The notes under the pieces: generated by a model
What the model saw: the letters and a program-made list of their open reading frames with translations, nothing else
What the model was told of the DNA's origin: nothing
Databases searched by the model: none
In this document: positions 29,350 through 39,116 of the stretch, piece after piece
How positions within the stretch are numbered: the first letter of the stretch is position 1
Layout of the letters: the number at the start of each line of letters is the position of its first letter
Source of the DNA: Alphaproteobacteria bacterium
Lineage (GTDB): Bacteria > Pseudomonadota > Alphaproteobacteria > MPNO01
DNA: 64,000 nucleotides
Reading direction: 5' to 3'
NCBI GenBank assembly: GCA_965248835.1
Contig: CBDFLJ010000001.1
Location: forward strand, 1,856,001 to 1,920,000
Position numbers and translations under genes: made by a program

Positions 29350-29889
29350 TCAGCCGGGCTGCGGTTCCAGCACCTTGACGCGGTTCTTCGCAGGCGCGTA
29401 GCGATAGCGCAGCGTCTTGTCCAGATCGCAGCCTGTCACCCGGACCAGGCGGGTCTCCAGCGGCCGGTCGAGCGAATGGATCACGCCTTCGTTGTAGACG
29501 TGGGCCTCGCCGCAGTGGAGCACGTATCTGCGCGCCGGCTCGAGCGCCGCGTGGCCTTCCCGCGTGCCGTCGTCAAGCCGGTTCCACTCGGTCATCTCGA
29601 CATGGTTCATGGCCATGCCGTAGACCACCCAGGACGGCCCGTGGCAGTGCGGCGAATTGTTCGAAGGCCCGCGGTTGGTGTGGGCCATGACGTGGAATCC
29701 GTGCTCGGGATCGACGTACAGGGTCTCCGCGCCGGATTGCTTGTCGGGGCCGAGATGGGCGGCCACGAAGCCGGGCTCGACCAACAGGGATTCCAGGCAC
29801 CGGGCCAGCGCCTCGCGTCCGGCAGGACCCGGATCCCGTGTCAGCGCGGCGGCCGCATCGGTGCAGAACTGTTCCAGCGAATATCCCAT
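29350..29889 (-). CDS. Cupin, cysteine-dioxygenase-like metalloprotein
   Basis: PHCHGPSWVVYG ... GVIHS His triad pattern. Confidence 0.65.
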   Translation of the reverse strand: MGYSLEQFCTDAAAALTRDPGPAGREALARCLESLLVEPGFVAAHLGPDKQSGAETLYVDPEHGFHVMAHTNRGPSNNSPHCHGPSWVVYGMAMNHVEMTEWNRLDDGTREGHAALEPARRYVLHCGEAHVYNEGVIHSLDRPLETRLVRVTGCDLDKTLRYRYAPAKNRVKVLEPQPG

Positions 29890-29983
29890 CGATCGAATCT
29901 CCCGCCTGGGGCACCGATCATATCCGCGCGGCCGGCTCGCCGTCCACGGCCGGAGCCCGGGCCGGCCGCCGAGCGATTTGCAA

Positions 29984-30217
29984 TCAGTGATGCTGGACCG
30001 GGCCGGCCGGCGGCAGGTCCTCCTCGAGGATCGAGATCATCAGAGCGTAGGAGACCTCGCCCTCGTCCTCGTCGCGGTGGACGACTCCCAGGAACTCGCC
30101 ATTGACCTCGACCTCGACGCCGCCGCGGAGATCCTTCGACTGAAAGACCGAGATCCCGCCGTTATCGAAGGTTTTTCGCAGGTATTGCTGAATGCGCCAA
30201 GTTTCGGTGGGCGTCAT
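29984..30217 (-). CDS. DUF3126-family protein
   Basis: YLRKTF..., EVEVNGEFLGVVHRDEDEGEVSY..ISILEEDL. Confidence 0.85.
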   Translation of the reverse strand: MTPTETWRIQQYLRKTFDNGGISVFQSKDLRGGVEVEVNGEFLGVVHRDEDEGEVSYALMISILEEDLPPAGPVQHH

Positions 30218-30352
30218 CGTCGGCTCCGGTTTATCGCGGTTTCGTCGGTTTGCATATGCGGCAACGGGATCCGGTCGGGCAAGCATCTCGATGCCGCATC
30301 GTCGGGATGGGACATGCGCCGGACGCGCCGGAACGCGTTGCGCGGCGACCGG

Positions 30353-31411
30353 TCAGGCGTTGCCGCGGACCTCTCGGAACCAGCCGAGCTGGTCGTGGAC
30401 CGGCTTGTCGGAGAAGCTGAAGAGGAAGGCGTCGCCGTCGGCCTCGTGGTGGTGGCGGTACCATGCCGGCACGACGAAGGAATCGCGCGGGCCCCATTCG
30501 AAGCTCTCGTCGCCGATCACCGTCCGGCCGGTGCCCTCGACTACCGAGTAGACCCAGGCCGCCGTCGAGCGGTAGGTCTCGGTCGCGAACCCGTCGGGGA
30601 GGAGCTGTATGTAGGTTCCCAGCGTCGGCATCGTCGGCCCGCCGTTGGCCGGGTTGACGTATTGCATCTTGACCCCGTGATAGGGATCGATGTCCTGGGC
30701 CTTGGCGCAGGTCTCCAGCGCCTCGCGGACCTTGGCATAAGGGTAGTGGAAGACCGGCGAGTTCTTCTCGTCCTTCAACGTCGCGCCGAAGGGCAGCATG
30801 TTGGCGCCGTAGCGGTGCTGGTTGTCGCCGGCCGGGTTGCCCGCGGCATTGTAGTCGTCGGGATGCGGCTCGGCGAAGACCGGGCCCATGAAGCGGACCA
30901 TCGGGATGTCGAGCCCGTCGAGCCAGACCACCGGCTCGGTTCCCTCGTGCCCGTGGTCGTGCCAGACCCAGGACGGGGTGAGGATCAGATCGCCGGGTTC
31001 CATATAGGCCTTCTCGCCGTTGATCGCGGTGAACGCGCGGCTGCCCTCGACGATGAAGCGCAGCGCGGCGGGGCTGTGGCGGTGGGTGGCGGCGACCTCG
31101 CCCGGCATGATGAGCTGCAGCCCGGCAAAGAGCGCCTCGGTGATGCAGGCCTTGCCGCGCATCGAGGGGTTCTCGAGGATAAGCACGCGCCGCTCGGCCT
31201 CCTCGGTCGAGATCACCTGGGCCGATTCCATCAGCGCAGGTCGCAGGGCGTCATAGTTCCACAGATACGGCGTCGCCTGGGTCACCGGCTCCTTGGCCAG
31301 GAGCTTGTGCAGCACCTCCCACAACGGCGCGATGTTGTAGGTATCGATGCGGCCGTAATAGTCGGCCCGCGCGTTGGTCATCTCCGGCTTGGACTCCAGC
31401 GCCCTGCTCAT
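30353..31411 (-). CDS. gtdA: Gentisate 1,2-dioxygenase (bicupin)
   Basis: PLW, AERRVLILENP, GLQLIMPGE, HRHSPAALRF, WHDHGHE, WLDGLDIP, NPANGGP. Confidence 0.88.
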   Translation of the reverse strand: MSRALESKPEMTNARADYYGRIDTYNIAPLWEVLHKLLAKEPVTQATPYLWNYDALRPALMESAQVISTEEAERRVLILENPSMRGKACITEALFAGLQLIMPGEVAATHRHSPAALRFIVEGSRAFTAINGEKAYMEPGDLILTPSWVWHDHGHEGTEPVVWLDGLDIPMVRFMGPVFAEPHPDDYNAAGNPAGDNQHRYGANMLPFGATLKDEKNSPVFHYPYAKVREALETCAKAQDIDPYHGVKMQYVNPANGGPTMPTLGTYIQLLPDGFATETYRSTAAWVYSVVEGTGRTVIGDESFEWGPRDSFVVPAWYRHHHEADGDAFLFSFSDKPVHDQLGWFREVRGNA

Positions 31412-31682
31412 CTGCGGTCTCCTGTGGCGCGCCATTCGGCGAAATTGAAGGGTTTGAACCGATCATAGTCCCGTGCCCGACCGGCGTACAGAGCCCGGCC
31501 GTTCAAGGCTTCCCGGGCCGCACGAACGCGATCGGCCCGGGTCATGCCGGCGCTCCGACAAGTTTGCCAAACCCTGTTGGATGTACACAATCAGGGCATG
31601 AAACATTGCCACGGTATCGCGGCCGCTGCGGACGGCCGGGCAGCTTGGTGCGTGCGGACCGCAATGGCCGGGAAGGCCCGCG

Positions 31683-33128
31683 ATGACCGGCCCTGAGAGC
31701 CTGCTGGTGCGCAACGCCCTGGTGGTCACGCTCGATGACCGGAACACGGTGCACGAGGCCGCCGACGTCCTGATCGAGGACGGCGCGATTGCTGCCGTCG
31801 GAGATGTCGAAGCGCCGGCCGGCTGCCGGCTGCTCGATGCGACCGGCAAGCTGCTGGTGCCGGGGTTCGTCAACGCCCACACCCATTCGCCGACGACTCC
31901 GATGCACGGCACCGGGGACCGCCTCAGCCACCCGGCCTATATGTGGCTCAGCCAGGCCCTTACCGCGGGCAAGACGCCGCGCGAGATCTATGTCAGCGCG
32001 ATGCTGGGCTGCATCCAGATGCTGCTGAGCGGAACCACCGCTGCAATCGACCACTTTCCCGGCCAGGCCTGCACGTCCGATGATGTCGCCGCGGCGCTTT
32101 CGGCCTATCGCGATTCCGGCATGCGGGTCGTGCTTGGTCTGAGATTCTATGACGCGGAATTCGGCGACATCGTCCCGCGCGCAGACGCCATCCCGGCCGA
32201 CATCGCGGCGGAGATCGAACGGCTCGACCCGCTTGCGCCGATGAAGCTTGCCGACGTTCGCGCGGTCATGGAGGACGCGATAGCGCGCTGGCACGGCATG
32301 GACGGCCGGCTCGGCGTCTTCCCGGCACCGTCCAATCCAGAACGCTGCTCCGATGAAGCGCTGGTGATGTGCGCACAGATCGCCGACCGCCACGACCTCG
32401 GCATCCACACCCACCTGCTGGAATCCCGCATCCAGGCGGAGAACGCCCGCAGGGCCTATGGCTGCACGATGGTCGAGCACCTCGACCGGCTCGGCCTGCT
32501 CGGCCCGCGCCTGTCGGCCGCCCATGCGATCTGGCTGGAGCCGGCCGATATCGAGCGGCTGGCGGCAAGCGGCGCCGTCGTGGTGCATAATCCGGAGAGC
32601 AACATGAAGATCGGCGCCGGTATCGCGCCGATCCCGGAGTTGGTCGCCCATGGCGCGCGGATCGCGCTGGGGACCGACGGGGCCGGCACCAACGACAACC
32701 TGATCATGCACGAGGCGCTGCGGCTCGCCGCCACGCTCCATCGGCCGAGACAGCACGCGCGCACCGACTGGCTCGGGGCCGAGGACGTGCTTCGGATGGC
32801 GACCCGGGGCGGCGCGGCGGCGCTGATGCAAGCCGACCGCCTTGGGGCGATCGAGGTCGGCAGACGCGCCGATCTGGTGCTCTACCGCCTGGACGCGCCG
32901 TGGTGGGTTCCGCTCAACGAGCCGATTTCCCAGCTCGTGTTCGCCGAGAATGGCAGCTCGGTCGACACGGTGATCGTCGACGGCCGCATCCTGGTCGAAG
33001 ACGGCCGCATCACCGCCTTCGATGCCGGGGCGATCCTGGCCGAGGCGAGGCCGATGATGGCGCAGATCCGCGCGCGCAACGCTGATCTGCACGCGCTGGC
33101 CGGACGCATGGCGGCGCTGTTCCCGTGA
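31683..33128 (+). CDS. Metal-dependent amidohydrolase (deaminase-like)
   Basis: PGFVNAHTH, GTTAAIDH, HTHLLE, AAHAIW, HNPESNMKIGAG, LGTDG. Confidence 0.9.
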   Translation: MTGPESLLVRNALVVTLDDRNTVHEAADVLIEDGAIAAVGDVEAPAGCRLLDATGKLLVPGFVNAHTHSPTTPMHGTGDRLSHPAYMWLSQALTAGKTPREIYVSAMLGCIQMLLSGTTAAIDHFPGQACTSDDVAAALSAYRDSGMRVVLGLRFYDAEFGDIVPRADAIPADIAAEIERLDPLAPMKLADVRAVMEDAIARWHGMDGRLGVFPAPSNPERCSDEALVMCAQIADRHDLGIHTHLLESRIQAENARRAYGCTMVEHLDRLGLLGPRLSAAHAIWLEPADIERLAASGAVVVHNPESNMKIGAGIAPIPELVAHGARIALGTDGAGTNDNLIMHEALRLAATLHRPRQHARTDWLGAEDVLRMATRGGAAALMQADRLGAIEVGRRADLVLYRLDAPWWVPLNEPISQLVFAENGSSVDTVIVDGRILVEDGRITAFDAGAILAEARPMMAQIRARNADLHALAGRMAALFP

Positions 33129-33153
33129 CCGGTCGCCGGACCGTTGCGGGTGT

Positions 33154-34146
33154 TCAGGCGGCTTGTGCGCCCAGGCCGTGATAGGTTTTGAACCACGCGA
33201 CGAATTTCGGCACCCCGACATCGATCGGCGTGGTCGGCTTGTAGCCCAGATCGCGGGCGATGGCCGAGATGTCGGCGTAGGTCTCCTTCACATCGCCGGG
33301 CTGCATCGGCTGGAAGTTGATCTCCGCCTTGCGGCCGAGGCAGGCCTCCAGCACCTCGATCAGCCGCATCAGCGGCTCGCAGCGGTGGTTGCCGATGTTG
33401 TAGAGCTTATGCGGCGGCGCGTCGCCGGCCGGCGGCGGGTTGTCGAGCGCGGCGACCACCCCGGAGACGATGTCGTCGATGAAGGTGAAATCACGCTTCA
33501 TGTCGCCGTTGTTGAAGACCTCGATCGGCCGTCCCTCGGTGATCGCCTTGGTGAAGATGTAAAGCGCCATGTCCGGCCGGCCCCACGGGCCGTAGACGGT
33601 GAAAAAGCGCAGGCCCGTCTGCGGAATGCCGTATAGATGGCTGTAGCAATGGCTCATATGCTCGTTGGCCTTCTTGGTCGCGGCATACAGCGAGATCGGC
33701 GAGTCGGTCCGGTCCTCGACCGAGAAGGGAAGGCTGGTATTGCCGCCATAGACCGAGCTGGAGCTGGCATAGACGAGGTGCGTGAAGTCCGGCAGGTGCC
33801 GGCAAAGCTCCAGGACCACCATATGGCCGGTCAGGTTCGCATCGACATAAGCGAAGGGGTGGTCGAGCGAATGGCGCACCCCGGCCTGGGCCGCGAGATG
33901 GACCACCCGATCAAGCGCGCCGATGCCTTCCATTGCGGCCGTCACCGCCTCGCGGTCGGCCAGGTCGAGCCTGTGGAAGCTGAATCCGGGCAAGCCCTTG
34001 AGCACGTCCAGGCGCGCCTGCTTGAGCCTGACGTCATAATAGTCGCTGATCGCATCGAGACCGACGACGGTCTCGCCGCGCGCCAGCAGGCGCCGGCTGA
34101 CATGGTATCCGATGAAACCGGCCGCGCCGGTAACAAGAACCGTCAT
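33154..34146 (-). CDS. UDP-glucuronate 4-epimerase-like SDR
   Basis: VTGAAGFIG, HLAAQAGVR, ASSSSVYG, YAATKK, RFFTVYGPWGRPDMA, MQPGDV. Confidence 0.92.
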   Translation of the reverse strand: MTVLVTGAAGFIGYHVSRRLLARGETVVGLDAISDYYDVRLKQARLDVLKGLPGFSFHRLDLADREAVTAAMEGIGALDRVVHLAAQAGVRHSLDHPFAYVDANLTGHMVVLELCRHLPDFTHLVYASSSSVYGGNTSLPFSVEDRTDSPISLYAATKKANEHMSHCYSHLYGIPQTGLRFFTVYGPWGRPDMALYIFTKAITEGRPIEVFNNGDMKRDFTFIDDIVSGVVAALDNPPPAGDAPPHKLYNIGNHRCEPLMRLIEVLEACLGRKAEINFQPMQPGDVKETYADISAIARDLGYKPTTPIDVGVPKFVAWFKTYHGLGAQAA

Positions 34147-34267
34147 CGCCTTCGTCCCGTCCTTTAACGGCGCCGCCGGACGGCGCGGCCGCACGCAGGC
34201 TAGCGCATCCTCCGGGAAAATAGAATCGGCGGTGCGCTCAATTCTCTTCGGCCGAGCGGGCGGCCGC

Positions 34268-36661
34268 TCAACGCGCGGCCTCGATCGCCTGAAGGATGCG
34301 CTCGGGCGTGAACGGCTGCACCGAGGCGGTGGCGCCCAGCGGCGCAAGGGCGTCGTTGACGGCAAGCCAGGCGGCCGCGTTGGCCCCGATGGTCCCGGCC
34401 TCGCCGACGCCCTTGGCGCCAAGCACGGTGGACTCTTCCAGCCCCTCGAGATGGGCGGTGACGATGTCGGGCATCTCCGAGGCCATCGGGACGAGATAAT
34501 CGGCCATGGTCGCGTTCAGGAGCTGGCCGTCTTCGTCATACACGCATTCCTCGAAGAACGCCGCGCCCAGACCCTGGACAACACCGCCCCGCAGCTGCTC
34601 ATCGACCAGAAGCGGGTTGATCACCCGGCCGCACTCGTCGACCACCCAGTGGCCGAGCAGCGTGATCTGCCCGGTCTCGGGGTCGAGCTCGAGGTGACAG
34701 CCCTGGGCGCCGTGGGCGACGTAATAGGGGGTCTGGTTGGGCACGTGATGGCGGGTCGCGGCGAGCTCCGGCTGCAGCGCGCCGGGCAGGGTGTCCTGGC
34801 GGAAATGGCCGATCCGCGCGACCTCGGCCAGCGGAATGCGCTCGGTCTCGTCGGCCCGGTCGACCACCGCGCGCCCGACAAGCGCGAGCTTGGCGGGTTC
34901 GGTCTGCAGGATCGGCCCGGCGATGGCCAGGATGTTTTCACGCAACGCCATCGCGGCGGCAAGCGCCGCCTCGCCGCCCATCGCCGTGCCGCGCGACGCC
35001 CAGGCACCGCCGCCGAACGGCGTGACCGCGCTGTCGCCGGAGATGACCTCGACGTCCTCCACCGTGAGGCCGAGCTGATCGGCGACGATCTGGGCGACCG
35101 CGGTCAGCGTCCCCTGGCCTTGATCGGTCAGGCTGGTGATGCAGCGCACCTTGCCCGAGGGCTCGAGCTTCACCGTCGCGCCCTCCTGGGTCGAGACCGG
35201 CGCCTCGGAGGGGCCGTAATAGGCGGGACCGTAGGCGGTCGGCTCGATGAAGGTGGCGACCCCGATGCCGCGGCAGATGCCCCGCGAGGCGGCCTCTTCC
35301 TGCCCGGCGCGCAGGCGCTCGTAGCCCATCACCTCGACCAGCCGGTCGAGCGCGGCGTTGAACGAGATCACCGGCAGGCTCGCGCCGCCGTGGGTCCTGC
35401 GCGGCAGCTCCGATGGCGTGAGGAAATTGCGCCGGCGGAAGGCCACCGGGTCGATGCCGAGCGCGCGCGCCGCCTTGTCGATGAGCTGCTCGGTCACCAC
35501 GCAGGCGATCGGCATGCCCACGCCGCGATACATGCCGACGATCGATTTGTTCACATAGGCCGCACGCATTCGGCCGCGGTAGTGATCGAACCGGTAGGGC
35601 GCGCCGGTGTTGACGATCGCCATCATTCCCTCGGCGATGCCGAAGCGGATATGGGCGGTGAACGGCCCGATCGCCGACAGGTCGTCGATCTCCATCGCGG
35701 CGATGTCGCCCTCGGCGGTGACGGCGATCCGCCCCGTGGCGCTGTGATCGCGGGTGTGAATGTCGTTGCCGAAGGACTCCAGCCGGTCGGCGACGTACTT
35801 GACCGGCCGTGCCAGCAGCTTGGCGATCGCGACCGCTGCTACCTCCTCGCCGTGGACATTGATCTTGAGCCCGAACCCGCCGCCCACGTCGGGACAGATC
35901 ACGCGGATCTTATGGTCGTCAATCCCCAGGAGGCGGGCGTAGACCTCCTGCATCTGGAACGGCGATTGGTGGGATTGATAGACCGTCAGCGATCCATCCG
36001 AGGCCTGGAAGTCGGCGATCAGGTTGCGCGGCTCCAGCGTGACCGCGGTGTGGCGTCCGAAGGTGAAGTCTTGGCTCACCACGGTGTGCGCGCCATCGAA
36101 GGCGGCGTCGGGCGTGCCGGCCTCGATGGTATGGGCGTAAGCGAGGTTGTCGCCGAGCACGGGATGGATGACCGGGCTGCCGGGCGCGAGCGCGGCCTCG
36201 GCATCGTGGACGACCGGCCGCTCCCGCCAGTCGACCATGACCAGCCCGGCCGCGTCCTCGGCGCCGACCCGGGTCTCGGCGACGACCGCGGCCACCGGCT
36301 CGCCCTGCCAATAGGCCGCCTCGATCGCCATCACCGGTTGCGGCGCCGACTTGTGGCCGGGCCGCGCGCCGTGGATCGAGACCATCGGTGCGCAGATCCC
36401 CGCCAGGTCCGTCCCGGTGATCACCCGGACGACCCCCGGCCGCGCGGCCGCCTCCGCCGCGTCGATGCCGACGATTTCCGCATGGGCGTAAGGGCTGCGG
36501 ACGAAGGCGAGGTGCAGCATGCGCGCCAGCACGATGTCGTCGGTATATTGCCCTCTTCCGTGCGCCAACCGCCGCGCGCGGCGGCGCGGCACCGGCTTGC
36601 CGATCTCGCCGCCGGCCAGGACCGGCCCGCCCGCGCCCGCCGTTTCGTTCGCTTGGGTCAT
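34268..36661 (-). CDS. Xanthine dehydrogenase/CoxL-family molybdopterin-binding large subunit (orphan)
   Basis: RSPYAHA, DVGGGFG.K, active-site loop GMYRGVG, GQGT, WASRG, AKGVGE. Confidence 0.9.
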   Translation of the reverse strand: MTQANETAGAGGPVLAGGEIGKPVPRRRARRLAHGRGQYTDDIVLARMLHLAFVRSPYAHAEIVGIDAAEAAARPGVVRVITGTDLAGICAPMVSIHGARPGHKSAPQPVMAIEAAYWQGEPVAAVVAETRVGAEDAAGLVMVDWRERPVVHDAEAALAPGSPVIHPVLGDNLAYAHTIEAGTPDAAFDGAHTVVSQDFTFGRHTAVTLEPRNLIADFQASDGSLTVYQSHQSPFQMQEVYARLLGIDDHKIRVICPDVGGGFGLKINVHGEEVAAVAIAKLLARPVKYVADRLESFGNDIHTRDHSATGRIAVTAEGDIAAMEIDDLSAIGPFTAHIRFGIAEGMMAIVNTGAPYRFDHYRGRMRAAYVNKSIVGMYRGVGMPIACVVTEQLIDKAARALGIDPVAFRRRNFLTPSELPRRTHGGASLPVISFNAALDRLVEVMGYERLRAGQEEAASRGICRGIGVATFIEPTAYGPAYYGPSEAPVSTQEGATVKLEPSGKVRCITSLTDQGQGTLTAVAQIVADQLGLTVEDVEVISGDSAVTPFGGGAWASRGTAMGGEAALAAAMALRENILAIAGPILQTEPAKLALVGRAVVDRADETERIPLAEVARIGHFRQDTLPGALQPELAATRHHVPNQTPYYVAHGAQGCHLELDPETGQITLLGHWVVDECGRVINPLLVDEQLRGGVVQGLGAAFFEECVYDEDGQLLNATMADYLVPMASEMPDIVTAHLEGLEESTVLGAKGVGEAGTIGANAAAWLAVNDALAPLGATASVQPFTPERILQAIEAAR

Positions 36662-36813
36662 GCGGCGCGCATCAAGCCATGGAACGCCGCTGCGCTCAAC
36701 CCGGCCGGGCGCGGGTCCATGCAGCGAATGCGCTTGACGTCTGCGGGTGGATTCATGATGCGGTGTCGTGTTGGATTTGGCAAAGTCCGGGCATGGACTT
36801 CACCGGAGGTGTG

Positions 36814-37641
36814 ATGATGGGCTCGTTGGAGAGCCGTTATGTGACGGCCGCGGGCGTTCGGGTTCACTGCCAGGAGACAGGCTCCGGCGATCCGGTGATC
36901 TGCATCCATGGGGCGGGGCCGGGCGCGAACAGCGCGAGCAATTTCCGCGGCAATATCGATGCACTGGCCGCGCGCTTCCGCGTGGTGCTCTACGACATGC
37001 CGCAGTTCGGCAAGTCGGAGAAGGTCGCGATCACCGGCGGTCGGCTGGCGTTCAATGCGAACGTTCTCGATCAATTCATGGCCGAGACCGGCATCGAGCG
37101 GGCGCATTTCATCGGCAACTCGATGGGCGGGCAGGTCGCGCTCAAGCTGGCGCTCGACCGGCCGGAACGGGTCGACCGGCTGGTGGTTCTGGGCTCTGGC
37201 GCGATCAACAAGGCGGTGTTCACGCCGCTGCCGATCGAGGGCGTGAAGATGATCGGGGCCTATTACAAGGGCGAGGGGCCGACGCGCGAGAAGCTGCGGG
37301 CCCTGTTGGAGACGATCGTCTACGATGCCTCGTTCCTGACCGATGAGGTGCTGGAGGAGCGCTTTGCCGCGAGCACCGAGCCCGAGACGCTGGACCTGTT
37401 CACCAACCGGCAGGGACCCTACCAGAAGGAGGACCTCGGTCCGGACCTCGGGCGGATCGAGGCCGAGACGCTTGTCGTGTGGGGGCTGGACGACCGGTTC
37501 GGGGCGCTCGATGTCGGGCTTCAGATGACCCGTCTGATGCCGCGCTCGCAGATGCATATCTTCTCGCGCTGCGGCCATTGGGCACAGGTCGAGCACGCCC
37601 AGGCGTTCAACCGTCTGGTGATCGGGTTTTTGACCGGCTAA
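36814..37641 (+). CDS. Meta-cleavage-product C-C hydrolase (CarC/BphD/MhpC-like alpha/beta hydrolase)
   Basis: IHGAGPGA, GNSMGG nucleophile, VWGLDDR, CGHWAQVEH. Confidence 0.9.
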   Translation: MMGSLESRYVTAAGVRVHCQETGSGDPVICIHGAGPGANSASNFRGNIDALAARFRVVLYDMPQFGKSEKVAITGGRLAFNANVLDQFMAETGIERAHFIGNSMGGQVALKLALDRPERVDRLVVLGSGAINKAVFTPLPIEGVKMIGAYYKGEGPTREKLRALLETIVYDASFLTDEVLEERFAASTEPETLDLFTNRQGPYQKEDLGPDLGRIEAETLVVWGLDDRFGALDVGLQMTRLMPRSQMHIFSRCGHWAQVEHAQAFNRLVIGFLTG

Positions 37642-37653
37642 GGGGAACGCGGC

Positions 37654-38838
37654 ATGGCGGACGGCGAAGCGGGCCTGAACGAGGGGCTGGACAGCGATCT
37701 CTCGAAGCGGCCGTGGCAGCCCTATCTGGAGGCCGCGCTGGGCTTCCGCAACCACTGGTATCCGGCCTGCTTCTCGCCCGAAGTGGAGGATGGCGGGTTC
37801 CTGGCCGTCGAACTCCTGGGCGAGCGGGTGCTGCTCAAGCGCATCGCCGGCCGGGTGCACGCGATCGAGGACCGCTGCGCACACCGCGGGGTGGCGTTTT
37901 CGGCCCGGCCGGAATGCTTCTCGCTCAACACGGTGAGTTGCTGGTATCACGGCTTCACCTACGACATGCGCGACGGCAGGCTGGTGGCGATCATCACCGA
38001 TCCGGACAGCCCGCTGATCGGCAAGGTGGCGCTCAAGACCTACCCGGTCGAAGAGCGCCAGAACGTGGTCTTCGTCTATGTCGGGGACGACCCGCCCCCG
38101 CCGCTGGTAGAGGACGTCCAGCCGGGATTCCTCGACGAGGACCTCTACGTCGCGCCCAACGGCGAGCGCGGCGTGGTCCGCAGCAACTGGCGCTTGGCGG
38201 CGGAGAACGGGGTCGATGCCTCCCACATCTACATCCACCGCAACTCCCGGCTGTTGAATGCCGGCCGCCGGGCGGTGCCCCTGGCGAGCTATTTCGTCAC
38301 CCGCCAGGACATGGTGGTCGAGACCGAAGGCGGTCCCAAGGGCGTGGTCAAGGGTGCCGGGCGCAAGGTCTCGGTGTGGCAGACCGAGGTCGAGGGAAAT
38401 CCGGTCACGACGCAGTACCTCCCGGAAGACAACCCGGAGGAGACCCTGATCACCGACACCTCGCTGTGGCTGCCCTGCGGGCTGAAGGTCGATCCGTTCC
38501 CGGCCAAGGGGATCGTCCATTTCGAATGGTACGTGCCGATCGACGAGCACTCGCACTATTACATCGTCACTTGGGCCAAGCGGGTCTCCGCACAGGCGGA
38601 GCGCGAGCAGTTCGCGCGCGAGGTGGAGACCTATTGGCGCGATCTCGTGGTCGACCGGTTCAACGACGAGGACGTCTTCGCGCGCGAGGCGATGGAGCGG
38701 TTCTACGCCGAGGAGGACGGCTGGAACCGCGAGCGGCTGTTCCGCCCCGACGTGGTGGTCACCGAGTGGCGCAAGCTCGCCAGCCGGTGCAACCGCGGCA
38801 TCCAGCGCCGCGCGCACCCGCGGCCGCAAGACCGGTGA
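37654..38838 (+). CDS. Homotrimeric Rieske oxygenase, carbazole 1,9a-dioxygenase (CarAa)/2-oxoquinoline 8-monooxygenase (OxoO) type
   Basis: LGFRNHWYP, DRCAHRG..SCWYHG Rieske site, ENGVDASHIYIH, WLP..LKVDPFP, FEWYVPID, FNDEDVFAREAM. Confidence 0.9.
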   Translation: MADGEAGLNEGLDSDLSKRPWQPYLEAALGFRNHWYPACFSPEVEDGGFLAVELLGERVLLKRIAGRVHAIEDRCAHRGVAFSARPECFSLNTVSCWYHGFTYDMRDGRLVAIITDPDSPLIGKVALKTYPVEERQNVVFVYVGDDPPPPLVEDVQPGFLDEDLYVAPNGERGVVRSNWRLAAENGVDASHIYIHRNSRLLNAGRRAVPLASYFVTRQDMVVETEGGPKGVVKGAGRKVSVWQTEVEGNPVTTQYLPEDNPEETLITDTSLWLPCGLKVDPFPAKGIVHFEWYVPIDEHSHYYIVTWAKRVSAQAEREQFAREVETYWRDLVVDRFNDEDVFAREAMERFYAEEDGWNRERLFRPDVVVTEWRKLASRCNRGIQRRAHPRPQDR

Positions 38839-39116
38839 TGGCGCAGCCCCGCCCCGCATCGGCGCGCTATTGGCTCAACCGGGCCCTGTTCGACCTCGGC
38901 CAAGCGGAGCACCGCGCGACCTTCCACGCCGACAAGGAGGGCTATCTGTCCGGCTACCCGCTGGAACCGGGCGCGCGCGCCGCGCTCCTGGGCCCGGACT
39001 GGTCGGCTCTGGTCGCCGCCGGCGCGCTGCCGAATCTGATCTTCAAGTACTATATGCTCCACGGCCACGCGCCGGAGACCTTCCCACAGGCCCTGGAGGC
39101 CGACCGCCATGGCTGA
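38838..39116 (+). CDS. Extradiol dioxygenase small subunit (LigA/CarBa-like)
   Basis: 92 aa: Y.LNRALFDL...F.AD...YL..Y.L....RAALL..DW..L...GA.P; translationally coupled to both neighbours. Confidence 0.8.
   Translation: MAQPRPASARYWLNRALFDLGQAEHRATFHADKEGYLSGYPLEPGARAALLGPDWSALVAAGALPNLIFKYYMLHGHAPETFPQALEADRHG

Noticed and set aside
34268-36661. True aerobic CO dehydrogenase (coxL)
   Set aside because: Lacks the AYxCSFR Cu-binding loop and has no coxM/coxS or accessory genes.
36778-36793. Sigma-54 promoter for the car-like operon
   Set aside because: GG-N10-GC spacing fits, but the -12 element is GGGC rather than TTGC, and no activator or rpoN is in view.
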